IMG/VR virus record: IMGVR_UViG_2974736276_000001
Span: 96,001-160,000 of that record
Source of the DNA: a virus
Taxonomy: Duplodnaviria; Caudoviricetes
Reading direction: 5' to 3' (one strand)
Length of the DNA: 64,000 bases
The notes under the pieces are model-generated. The model saw only the letters and a list, made by a program, of their open reading frames with translations, had not been told where the DNA came from and did no database searches. Position 1 is the first letter of the stretch, and each line of letters begins with the position of its first letter. Below, in pieces: positions 20,891 to 29,193 of the stretch. The position numbers and the translations under genes are program-made.

Positions 20891-21277
20891 TTACATAACT
20901 ATTAGTGCCATCGGATTAATGTAAATTACACTATCTGGCTCAGGGTCGGGACCGGGCGGGGTAGGGTCTTCATCTTTGGGAAGATGAGGGGTTGGATACG
21001 TATTAAAATCAAAATCATAGTAAATATAGCCAGATTCAATTTGTTCCTTATTGAAAATGTATCCATTTAAAGATTCTTGTACTTCAACTTCGTCATATAA
21101 CTCAAACATTTCTGCAAGAGTATAGAGATCAGATGAATATTGCAATTCATTATATTTTGTTTTCCAGTCGATATTGAGATATCTAGCTCTCATTATCTCA
21201 ATGATAACCCACCAACCTACTCGAAGAAATCCAGTCTTTCGGTTGGGTAGATCATGAATATAGCGTAACTCTACCAT
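20891..21277 (-). CDS. Stand-alone Hoc C-terminal-domain paralogue with Pro/Asp-rich tail
   Basis: YIHDLPNR..GFLRVGWWVI.EI...VQESLNGY; no Ig domain. Confidence 0.78.
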   Translation of the reverse strand: MVELRYIHDLPNRKTGFLRVGWWVIIEIMRARYLNIDWKTKYNELQYSSDLYTLAEMFELYDEVEVQESLNGYIFNKEQIESGYIYYDFDFNTYPTPHLPKDEDPTPPGPDPEPDSVIYINPMALIVM

Positions 21278-21292
21278 AATCTACCCTTAATA

Positions 21293-21826
21293 TTAGCTCA
21301 GTGCGTATCCAGCTTCTACCTGATCTTTACCCCAAACATATCCATTACGAGATTCTTGTACTTCCGGATTAGGGTAGTCTTCAAACATCTTAGCTAATGT
21401 AAGCAGTTCGCGTTTGTAGTTCAATGGATCTGGCGCAGATTTCCAATCAAGACCTAATTCGCCTGCACGATGGATTTCATTAATTACCCACCAACCAACT
21501 TGAATAAATGCAGCATCGCGTTGTGGCAATGGATGAACATAAGCGAATCCACCTTCTGGCGTAGGAATTACTTTTTCTTCAACAGCAAGAACAACTGCAT
21601 CGGAAGTTTCAGTATCACCGCCAGAAAGAGTAGCAATTACAGTATACGAACCGGCGTCCGATTCTTTTACAGAAGCAATATCAAATGTAGCAGTAGGACT
21701 CGATGCTAGTTGTGTATTTCCTTTTTTGAACTCGTAATTAGTATATGCACCATCTCCTGAAGCTGTTAGCTTAACGGCATCACCGACAGTAGCAGGGTTT
21801 TTCGAGATTGCTAAAGTAATAGCCAT
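21293..21826 (-). CDS. hoc: Highly immunogenic outer capsid protein Hoc (single Ig domain)
   Basis: Next to inh; SDAGSYTV Ig motif; YVHPLP.R..AFIQVGWWV...VQESRNGY. Confidence 0.85.
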   Translation of the reverse strand: MAITLAISKNPATVGDAVKLTASGDGAYTNYEFKKGNTQLASSPTATFDIASVKESDAGSYTVIATLSGGDTETSDAVVLAVEEKVIPTPEGGFAYVHPLPQRDAAFIQVGWWVINEIHRAGELGLDWKSAPDPLNYKRELLTLAKMFEDYPNPEVQESRNGYVWGKDQVEAGYALS

Positions 21827-21838
21827 TTGTTCTCCTTG

Positions 21839-21858
21839 AAAAGGCCTTTCGGCCTTTT
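21839..21858 (-). terminator. Hairpin/terminator between inh and hoc
   Basis: AAAAGGCC-GAAA-GGCCTTTT on minus strand. Confidence 0.6.
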
Positions 21859-21859
21859 A

Positions 21860-22594
21860 TTATTTTAATGTAACGAATGATGAATTACGTGTTTCTCTAA
21901 TGATTACAGAGCCATCACGTTTAATGTAATACAAGAGCGTTAGCAATGTATCATGGGCAGTCGGGTGAGGGAAATCTAAAGGACGTTCTTTCCAGTCTTC
22001 ATTCTCTGAAACCCATTGGTAAATCCACCAAGGCAGTGTCATATAACCAGGTGAACGACCTAATAGTGAAATTCGTGGTGAATAGTTTTCGGGCAATTGA
22101 TATACAGATTCATCAGCTTTGATTTGTTCAATTGCTTCTTCGATAGTGTTATCGTTCAACGAATCTACTTGCTTGAATTCGTAGCCATGAGAAGCAGCAG
22201 CTTCTTTAATATGATCAGGAATCTCAGTCACAAGTGGTTCACTGAAAATAATTTTTGGCTCATCTACCTTAACGATCTCAATTACTTTTTGAGAGTCTTC
22301 ACCGATAGAATCAATCAAGAGTTTAGCTTCAGCTGGTGCTTCCTGGAATACAGCTGTTCCATCATTTTCGTCTGATGCTTGAATAAGATCGGCGATGGAG
22401 ACGCCTTCATTATCTTCAGGTAGTGGTTCATCAGCGAGCCTGGCTAATTCCTGTTCTAGATCAGTCAACATATTGTCGAATGATTTAGTTTTCTTCAGGT
22501 CTACGTTAAACGTTTGACCATATTCTGCGAGTTTAGATTTTGCTTCTTTGTTGTCTAGTGCACGCAGTTCTTCAATATAAGCTTTATCGATCAT
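21860..22594 (-). CDS. inh: Inhibitor of prohead protease Inh
   Basis: MIDKAYIEEL...KKTKSFDNML; LPWWIYQW...RETRNSSF; GAGG SD before 22594. Confidence 0.92.
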   Translation of the reverse strand: MIDKAYIEELRALDNKEAKSKLAEYGQTFNVDLKKTKSFDNMLTDLEQELARLADEPLPEDNEGVSIADLIQASDENDGTAVFQEAPAEAKLLIDSIGEDSQKVIEIVKVDEPKIIFSEPLVTEIPDHIKEAAASHGYEFKQVDSLNDNTIEEAIEQIKADESVYQLPENYSPRISLLGRSPGYMTLPWWIYQWVSENEDWKERPLDFPHPTAHDTLLTLLYYIKRDGSVIIRETRNSSFVTLK

Positions 22595-22624
22595 AGGAAC
22601 CTCGAGGTATAATTTAAAAACGTG

Positions 22625-22652
22625 TATAAATATAATTGTACTAATATTTATA
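22625..22652. promoter_or_regulatory. Opposed late promoters for uvsW (+, 22625-22632) and inh-hoc (-, 22645-22652)
   Basis: Exact TATAAATA on each strand. Confidence 0.8.
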
Positions 22653-22666
22653 AGGCAATGATTAAG

Positions 22667-24172
22667 ATGATAGACATCTCCGTACATTTTAAAGATCACT
22701 CACATGTATTCATTGAATGTGAGGATTCAGTTTTCTTTGAACTAAAAGACTATTTCTCATTTGAAGCTGATGGCTACAAATTCAACCCAAAATACAAATA
22801 CGGCCAATGGGATGGAAGAATTCGACTGTTAGATAATAATCGCATGCTCCCTTATGGCTTAGCAAGTTATATCAAAAAATTTGCTGATAACATGGGCTAC
22901 AAAGTTTGGATTGATCCGAACGTTTTACAACCAACTGAATTATCTAAAGAAGAATTCGATCAGTGGTTGAGCTCAAAAGAAATTTACTCGGGCAACACTG
23001 TCATTAAGCCTCACTGGTACCAAGAAGCTGCAGTATACGAAGGACTCGTTCATCGTCGCAGAATTCTTAACTTACCTACTTCTGCGGGTAAATCATTGAT
23101 TCAGTGTTTGTTAGCCCGTTATTATCTTGAACATTATCAGGGTAAAGTTTTAATTCTCGTTCCTACCACTGCATTGGTTGACCAAATGATCAATGATTTC
23201 GTTGATTATCGACTATTTCCTCGTGGTGCAATGCTAGGAATTCGTGGTGGTACTCAACGTGATTCAGATGCACTGATCTATGTATCTACATGGCAGACAG
23301 CAGTGAAACAATCGAAAGAGTGGTTTGCTCAATTCGGTATGTTGATGAACGACGAGTGTCATCTGGCGACAGGTAAATCAATCTCTACCATCGTCGGTGG
23401 AATGAATGATTGCCCATATAAATTTGGATTGTCTGGTTCGCTGAAAGACGGTAAAGCTAACGTCATGCAGTACATCGGATTATTCGGTGAAATATATAAG
23501 CCTGTGTCTACTTCTCAGTTAATGGAAGATGGACAAGTTACTGATCTGAAGATTAATTCTATTTTCCTTCGTTATCCAGACAATATCACTACTGCGATGA
23601 AAGGAAAGACTTATCAAGAAGAAATTAAATTCATTCAGAAGGCAAAGAAACGAAATAAGTGGGTAGCTCAATTATCTACTAAGCTCGCAGCTCGAAAAGA
23701 GAACGTGTTCTTGATGTTTAAGAATGCTGAGCACGGTAAAGAACTATTCCAGATGGTTAAAGATCTTGGTCATGAAAAAGTGTATTTTGTTAACGGTGAA
23801 GTTAATACCGAAACACGAAATGCATTAAAAGAAATGGCTGAAAATAATTCAGGAATCATTGTAGTAGCATCATACGGTGTATTCTCTACGGGTATCAGTG
23901 TCAAAAACTTACATCACGTTATTTTTGCTCACCCGGTAAAATCAAAGATAATCGTTCTTCAGACAATCGGTCGTGTACTGCGTAAGCATGGTACTAAATC
24001 TATTGCTACTGTGTGGGACATTATCGATGATATGGGTGTCAAGCCTAAATCAGCAAATGCCAAGAAAAAATATGTGCATTTGAACTATGCATTGAAACAT
24101 GCATTAGAACGTATTCAGCGTTATGCTGAAGAGAAATTTAACTACGTTATGAAAACAATCGAGTTGGGGTAA
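22667..24172 (+). CDS. uvsW: UvsW SF2 helicase
   Basis: LPTSAGKS, NDECH, QTIGRVLRK motifs; start could also be 22658. Confidence 0.96.
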   Translation: MIDISVHFKDHSHVFIECEDSVFFELKDYFSFEADGYKFNPKYKYGQWDGRIRLLDNNRMLPYGLASYIKKFADNMGYKVWIDPNVLQPTELSKEEFDQWLSSKEIYSGNTVIKPHWYQEAAVYEGLVHRRRILNLPTSAGKSLIQCLLARYYLEHYQGKVLILVPTTALVDQMINDFVDYRLFPRGAMLGIRGGTQRDSDALIYVSTWQTAVKQSKEWFAQFGMLMNDECHLATGKSISTIVGGMNDCPYKFGLSGSLKDGKANVMQYIGLFGEIYKPVSTSQLMEDGQVTDLKINSIFLRYPDNITTAMKGKTYQEEIKFIQKAKKRNKWVAQLSTKLAARKENVFLMFKNAEHGKELFQMVKDLGHEKVYFVNGEVNTETRNALKEMAENNSGIIVVASYGVFSTGISVKNLHHVIFAHPVKSKIIVLQTIGRVLRKHGTKSIATVWDIIDDMGVKPKSANAKKKYVHLNYALKHALERIQRYAEEKFNYVMKTIELG

Positions 24173-24174
24173 AA

Positions 24175-24405
24175 ATGAAAAACTTCGAAGAATTCCTGTA
24201 TGAAGCAGATATTCAGGACTTTATGGGGAAAGTGACTTCATGCCAGACTAAAGAAGGTCTGAAGGAACTTGAAAAGTATTACACTAAACGTTCTAAAGAA
24301 GCTGAATTAAAAGATACAGATGACATTACTTTACGTGATGCTCTTGCTGGTCGTAAAGCTGAATTGGAAGCGGCCGATGCCGAAGAAGATGAAGAAAGCT
24401 TCTGA
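24175..24405 (+). CDS. uvsW.1: UvsW.1
   Basis: CQTKEGLKELEKYY...RDALAGRK; acidic tail; follows uvsW. Confidence 0.9.
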   Translation: MKNFEEFLYEADIQDFMGKVTSCQTKEGLKELEKYYTKRSKEAELKDTDDITLRDALAGRKAELEAADAEEDEESF

Positions 24406-24408
24406 TAT

Positions 24409-24431
24409 AAAAAAGCCCCTCAGTGAGGGGC
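24409..24431 (-). terminator. Terminator of the uvsY operon
   Basis: GCCCCTC-ACT-GAGGGGC TTTTTT on minus strand. Confidence 0.75.
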
Positions 24432-24464
24432 AAAAACCACAAAAGTGGCTACATCAACACTAGA

Positions 24465-24632
24465 CTAAATTAGAAGTTGTGTTTCGTTTAATTGTTCTTC
24501 TGTACTTTCTGTAACAGGAAGATCTACTACATAGTTTAAACAAGGCCCAGGATGTACAGGACCTTTGTCTGTTTCGACAACCAATGCGGGATCGATTGGA
24601 GTCTTGCAGACGACGCAAATCTTATCAGACAT
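24465..24632 (-). CDS. uvsY.-2: UvsY.-2 conserved small protein, 55 aa (not in ORF track)
   Basis: Hand translation MSDKICVVCKTPIDPALVVETDKGPVHPGPCLNYVVDLPVTESTEEQLNETQLLI; GAGGTG SD. Confidence 0.9.
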   Translation of the reverse strand: MSDKICVVCKTPIDPALVVETDKGPVHPGPCLNYVVDLPVTESTEEQLNETQLLI

Positions 24633-24651
24633 GGTTGTCACCTCTTGTTTG

Positions 24652-24879
24652 TTAGTTACTAAACTTATTTATACGAAAATAATCATCAATATCTTTTTCT
24701 ATTGTATCTTCATGACCGTGTATATCATAAATGTTTCGAGCAGTTTTTACGAATTCATCGTAGTAGCCTGGAATATGACGATAGATATTAACGAAATAGT
24801 TCTTACCCAAGTGAATGTTAACGTTTTTGGTTTCACATACACGAATTAACAATGCTTTGATAATATCTTCTTTAGTCAT
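24652..24879 (-). CDS. Hypothetical protein
   Basis: ORF between uvsY.-2 and next gene; start uncertain (24879, 24888 or 24906). Confidence 0.6.
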   Translation of the reverse strand: MTKEDIIKALLIRVCETKNVNIHLGKNYFVNIYRHIPGYYDEFVKTARNIYDIHGHEDTIEKDIDDYFRINKFSN

Positions 24880-24880
24880 T

Positions 24881-25120
24881 CTAGCCATGATCAGCTTTAA
24901 CCCCATGTTTACCTAGAGTCTTGACAATTTGAGCTCTTAACTGTTGAGTGTGATAATACACAGTAGTCGTTCTCATAATATCATGAAATAAATCTTCAGT
25001 TATAACATCAGAAAGCAAAGCCCTAATTGAATCTTTGTACTCTTTTAATGAGTTCGAACCAGCTGCTAAAGGCAGAGCTCTGATATTATTTACTAAAATA
25101 CTAAATTCATGTGGTTTCAT
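24881..25120 (-). CDS. Hypothetical protein
   Basis: 79-aa ORF; ATG overlaps uvsY stop (TAATG). Confidence 0.65.
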   Translation of the reverse strand: MKPHEFSILVNNIRALPLAAGSNSLKEYKDSIRALLSDVITEDLFHDIMRTTTVYYHTQQLRAQIVKTLGKHGVKADHG

Positions 25121-25527
25121 TATGCACCAGCTTCAAATGCTCGTAGATCAATGATATGCTTAATTGCAAAGCCTTTAGACTTAACTGCATCAAGCGCCTT
25201 TGAACAAAATTCTAACATGATTCCCCAATACGCCAAAGCAGTGTCAACCTTCAACACATCAGCGTTCGCTGAAATCACTACCTTCATTTCAGACTTCTCG
25301 TACTGATCCATACATACTTCATCACCACGACCAGTGTAATAATCGAGAGTTTTCTTTACAGCTGTTTTGCGCTGATTCTCAATCTTCAAAATCTCTTTAC
25401 GAATACTGCTGTGATAGCGAGACCACTTACCGTAAAGTGTAGGCACTTGCGACGCTTCTAACTGAAGCTTTGTATGGTCAACCTTTAAGTCTGCATCTAA
25501 CTCGTCCTGCAGGTCTTCTAATTTCAT
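25120..25527 (-). CDS. uvsY: Recombination mediator UvsY
   Basis: MKLEDLQDELDADLKVD...YYTGRG...GFAIKHIIDLRAFEAG. Confidence 0.93.
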   Translation of the reverse strand: MKLEDLQDELDADLKVDHTKLQLEASQVPTLYGKWSRYHSSIRKEILKIENQRKTAVKKTLDYYTGRGDEVCMDQYEKSEMKVVISANADVLKVDTALAYWGIMLEFCSKALDAVKSKGFAIKHIIDLRAFEAGA

Positions 25528-25528
25528 G

Positions 25529-25627
25529 TTATACCTTTGCGAAAAATAGTAGATGTACTGCGGCAAACACAATAAATCCTAAAAAGTAATAGGTGAATGG
25601 ACAAGTCCAATCAATTCCAAATTTCAT
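25529..25627 (-). CDS. 32-aa hydrophobic peptide (not in ORF track)
   Basis: GAGG SD; MKFGIDWTCPFTYYFLGFIVFAAVHLLFFAKV; stop 1 nt before uvsY ATG. Confidence 0.55.
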   Translation of the reverse strand: MKFGIDWTCPFTYYFLGFIVFAAVHLLFFAKV

Positions 25628-25652
25628 AGTAATTTCCTCTTGTAGATAAGAC

Positions 25653-25679
25653 ATTATACCAAAGAATTCTGGCAGCAAA
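25653..25679 (-). promoter_or_regulatory. Putative uvsY middle promoter
   Basis: TTTGCTGCC-N12-TATAAT on minus strand (degenerate MotA box). Confidence 0.45.
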
Positions 25680-25738
25680 GCTGCCAGTAATTTATTACTT
25701 ATCTCTTATATAGAGATACTATATGGCCTATGTAATAA

Positions 25739-26131
25739 CTATCGTGAAGCCTGTAGTTGAAGCTTTATTTCTTGGAGAGTGTCTGGATTATCTACTATGC
25801 TAAAATAGATCGTAATGATTATCGTGTTATCGTCATACAGAGGAGTCACTTGAACGTACAGACGACTTAAACGTGGCTCGTAGTTAGTCAGAGCAGCAGT
25901 GATGTTTTTCTGAATGGTATCTGCAGTAAGAGGAGTCATGTTCTCGAATAACTCATCTGATAATCCGCATCCAAATTCTGGCATGAAAGGGCGTGAACCC
26001 TTTCTAGTAGTGATAATTCCGAGAATAGAGTTTTTAACTGCTCGAGCACCTACTGTTACTGCCACATCATTATTCCAAGCCTTGTCCATCGTTGGACTAA
26101 GATCAGTGTAGAGTAAATTAATATTTGACAT
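25739..26131 (-). CDS. 25: Baseplate wedge protein gp25
   Basis: AVKNSILGIITTRKGSRPF.PEFG, NYEPR. Confidence 0.95.
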   Translation of the reverse strand: MSNINLLYTDLSPTMDKAWNNDVAVTVGARAVKNSILGIITTRKGSRPFMPEFGCGLSDELFENMTPLTADTIQKNITAALTNYEPRLSRLYVQVTPLYDDNTIIITIYFSIVDNPDTLQEIKLQLQASR

Positions 26132-26757
26132 TATAGAAGCCTAAAGAACTCTTTAAGTCCTTTTACGATGTGTACATGTTTTTCCCCACACTTTTCACAA
26201 TGAATAGGGACTGCCAAGTAAACTGTTGGCTTCAGTAACTGTTCGGTAATAACTTTGATGTCATCGATTGTAATAGCATCATATAGCTGATTAAGTTCTT
26301 CTGCAGAAAGATCATCAACTGAAAGACGTTCATTGCCAGTAATAATGAAATCAATGCAAGAAGCAATCATTCGAGCATGGTTCTGATCGTCAAATAATTT
26401 AGGATACTTGAACTGAATTTTGAAGTCACCAAAGTTATACACAGGAGGTTCTAATGAGTCTATTTGTACCTGTGATAGATTTAACGGTACTTCCATTTGA
26501 TGTCCGCAGGAGCACTCCCAGGTGCTCTGTGTATTCACTTCACCTAGACTATGGGCCCACAGTTGTGTAATGAGATATTCAGATTCTTGACGATTTAAAT
26601 CTTTGGCATCTGTACATTTTAAGATCAACTCTTTAACGTACTGCAATATAGTGCCATCTTTTTTAGCTTTCATGAGGTTGATGTACTCACGAAGTGAAAA
26701 TGCTCGGCAGGAAACAGTTTTCCCAGCTACGATAATTTCGAATTTATAATCAAACAT
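26131..26757 (-). CDS. 26: Baseplate hub assembly protein gp26
   Basis: 208 aa; LWAHSLGEVN, two Cys pairs, GLKEFF; synteny. Confidence 0.92.
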   Translation of the reverse strand: MFDYKFEIIVAGKTVSCRAFSLREYINLMKAKKDGTILQYVKELILKCTDAKDLNRQESEYLITQLWAHSLGEVNTQSTWECSCGHQMEVPLNLSQVQIDSLEPPVYNFGDFKIQFKYPKLFDDQNHARMIASCIDFIITGNERLSVDDLSAEELNQLYDAITIDDIKVITEQLLKPTVYLAVPIHCEKCGEKHVHIVKGLKEFFRLL

Positions 26758-26776
26758 ATTGTCTCCTCATATTGTG

Positions 26777-26788
26777 TATTTATAAATA
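26777..26788. promoter_or_regulatory. Overlapping divergent late promoters for genes 26 and 51
   Basis: TATTTATAAATA gives TATAAATA on both strands. Confidence 0.85.
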
Positions 26789-26805
26789 TTGATAAAGGAG
26801 ATACT

Positions 26806-27558
26806 ATGGCCAATATTGTACGCTGTAATTTGCCTTCAGGTGTCCAAAGATTTCAACCTTTTACCGTAGCTGACTATCGAGACTTTCTGTTAGTACGAAA
26901 TGATATGAACTCTAAGACTCTGGAAGAGCAAAAAGAAATAATGAATGAATTGCTCGCTGATTACTTTCACGAGTATCCGCCGTCTTGGAGACCTTATATT
27001 TTTCTTAAAGTCTTCACCTCGAGCATCGGTAAAACTAGACTTCCTGTTATCTGGGAATGCGCTAAATGTAATAAGACTGTAAAGAGCCCTTTGAACTTGT
27101 CTCACGACGGATTAAAGAATCCTTTAATAGAAGTTGCTGGTATTAAAATAACCTTTAATTTCCCTGATCAAATTACTGACGATCATGTGTCAATGATTAA
27201 GGATAACATCGCAGAAGTATCTGACGGTGTTAATACTTACAAATGGGAAGCGCTAACAGATGATATGAAGCTAAAGATTATCGACGCAATAGATATTAAA
27301 TCATTTGAATCAGTTATTGAACAGATGACTCCGATTAGCATCACATTGAATTTGTCTTGCTGTGATAAACACGTCATTAAGTATGATAACATTCTGGAAA
27401 TATTCAAACTCATTATTCATCCAGATGAAGTATTCAACTTTTACCAAATCAACCATGTCTTAGTTAAACACAACTATGACTTGAATTCAGTAATGCGAAT
27501 GATTCCTGTTGAACGAAGCATTGCTCTATCTTTAATCGAAAAGGATAATAAGAAATGA
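26806..27558 (+). CDS. 51: Baseplate hub assembly catalyst gp51
   Basis: MANIVRC.LP...[13 protein letters not shown]; [12 protein letters not shown]. Confidence 0.92.
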   Translation: MANIVRCNLPSGVQRFQPFTVADYRDFLLVRNDMNSKTLEEQKEIMNELLADYFHEYPPSWRPYIFLKVFTSSIGKTRLPVIWECAKCNKTVKSPLNLSHDGLKNPLIEVAGIKITFNFPDQITDDHVSMIKDNIAEVSDGVNTYKWEALTDDMKLKIIDAIDIKSFESVIEQMTPISITLNLSCCDKHVIKYDNILEIFKLIIHPDEVFNFYQINHVLVKHNYDLNSVMRMIPVERSIALSLIEKDNKK

Positions 27559-28694
27559 TGCAGCGCCTAGGTTATCCTAACATCAGCATTAAGCTTTATC
27601 AAAATTACAGTAAGTGGCTCGAGAATGCTTTTCTCGAACTCGCTGCTACATTCACAACACTAACTATTAGAGACGGTCTTTACGGCCGCAATGAAGGTCT
27701 GCTTCAGTTCTATGATAATGCTAATCTTCATACTCGAATGACTGGTGAAGAAATTATTCAGATCTCTGTAGCTAACGCCAATACAAAGAATGTTATTTCC
27801 CGAATTTACGGGAATAAGCACTTCAGCGTTACTGTCGATAAAAAGAGTGATAACATAATTACTATTCAGCTCGGATCTATTCACGAAATTGAGAATTTGA
27901 AGTTTGGCAGATGCTTCTATAATAACGCCAACGACAGTATCAATGAAATGATTGGTGTAATTTATCAGGATCGTCCTCTTATTGCTCCGCCAGTGAACGG
28001 TATTAACACGTATGTTCCGAGAGTACCTTGGTCACAAGATATGGCGATGTATATGAGTTATGTTCGTGACATTGGACTCGCCGTTGAATCAGATCAATTT
28101 GTTTTTGTTTGGGAAGACTTCATGGGTATTAACATGATGGACTATAACCAAATGATTGCTCAAGACGCTGTTATATTCGCAGTAGGTGATGAAGGACGTT
28201 TAGGTGAATTCTCATACATCACAGAATATCCTTTAGCGTTTGATTTTACTTGGTTGACTAAAGCTAATAAAAGAAAGCGTGATGTAATTGAGAATGCCAC
28301 GTTCTTTACACCATCATTTATGGACAATAAGATAGAAACTATTGTGAATGGTGATGGACAGAATGCTATCGTTCTATCACGATCTGGCGGATATGCAGAA
28401 GCTACTTATCGTAATGGTTATGAAGAAGCAAACAGAATTACTACGATGGCACAATACGACGGATATGCTCATTGTAAAATCTTCGGTAATTTCCAAATAA
28501 CTCCGGGCATGAAGCTTAATTTCTATGATCTGAAAAATCAGTTTAAGACTGATTTCTACGTAGATGAAGTTCTTCATGAAATCTCAAACAATACTTCGAT
28601 AACTAATCTTTATATGTTTACTAACGGTAAACCTTTGAGTGAAGTTAATCTGACACGAGTTAAAAATGAACTTAAATCTAATACTTCCACTTAA
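27555..28694 (+). CDS. 27: Baseplate hub protein gp27
   Basis: [36 protein letters not shown]. Confidence 0.94.
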   Translation: MMQRLGYPNISIKLYQNYSKWLENAFLELAATFTTLTIRDGLYGRNEGLLQFYDNANLHTRMTGEEIIQISVANANTKNVISRIYGNKHFSVTVDKKSDNIITIQLGSIHEIENLKFGRCFYNNANDSINEMIGVIYQDRPLIAPPVNGINTYVPRVPWSQDMAMYMSYVRDIGLAVESDQFVFVWEDFMGINMMDYNQMIAQDAVIFAVGDEGRLGEFSYITEYPLAFDFTWLTKANKRKRDVIENATFFTPSFMDNKIETIVNGDGQNAIVLSRSGGYAEATYRNGYEEANRITTMAQYDGYAHCKIFGNFQITPGMKLNFYDLKNQFKTDFYVDEVLHEISNNTSITNLYMFTNGKPLSEVNLTRVKNELKSNTST

Positions 28695-29193
28695 GAAAAT
28701 AGTAATTAACGATAAACAAATTTCAATCCCTAAACTGGGATTGAAACATCATGAGCTGCTAAAGAATCCATGTGGCGCAGATGAGAATATGATTAAGCTA
28801 GTCAATTCTATTTGTCCAGGTCTTAACGCTGCTGAGAGCGAAATAGTTTTACTTCATGTTCTGGAATTTAATGGAAAGATTAAATCAGAAGTGATTGTCA
28901 ACGGCAAGGTGTTTAAAGTATCTGATGTTTATATTTCTCAGAGACTTGAACACCAATATCACGGAAACACTTTCTATTTCAGATCTCCTGAACCTTTCGA
29001 AACATTTGTTACTCCAGATGATGTTCTCGAAAAATGTTTTATTCGAGTCAATGACTCAGATGTTGTTCCAGAATTCATGGACATGCCGGCATTTGTGACT
29101 AAATGGGCAGACGCTATAACAACAAAAATTTCTATTAAAGGTCCTAAAGGCCAGTTAGATGGTCTTTCAGAAATTTTGGAACTATTTAAATGA
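28666..29193 (+). CDS. 28: Baseplate distal hub protein gp28
   Basis: [19 protein letters not shown]; synteny. Confidence 0.9.
   Translation: MNLNLILPLKKIVINDKQISIPKLGLKHHELLKNPCGADENMIKLVNSICPGLNAAESEIVLLHVLEFNGKIKSEVIVNGKVFKVSDVYISQRLEHQYHGNTFYFRSPEPFETFVTPDDVLEKCFIRVNDSDVVPEFMDMPAFVTKWADAITTKISIKGPKGQLDGLSEILELFK

Noticed and set aside
22595-22699. ORF-track N-terminal extensions of inh and uvsW (also uvsY, 31, 33, dsbA, frd, 30.1)
   Set aside because: Downstream starts match the known N-termini and SD positions; the extensions overlap promoters or neighbouring genes
24565-24849. Plus-strand 94-aa ORF
   Set aside because: Antisense to the well-conserved uvsY.-2 and its neighbour
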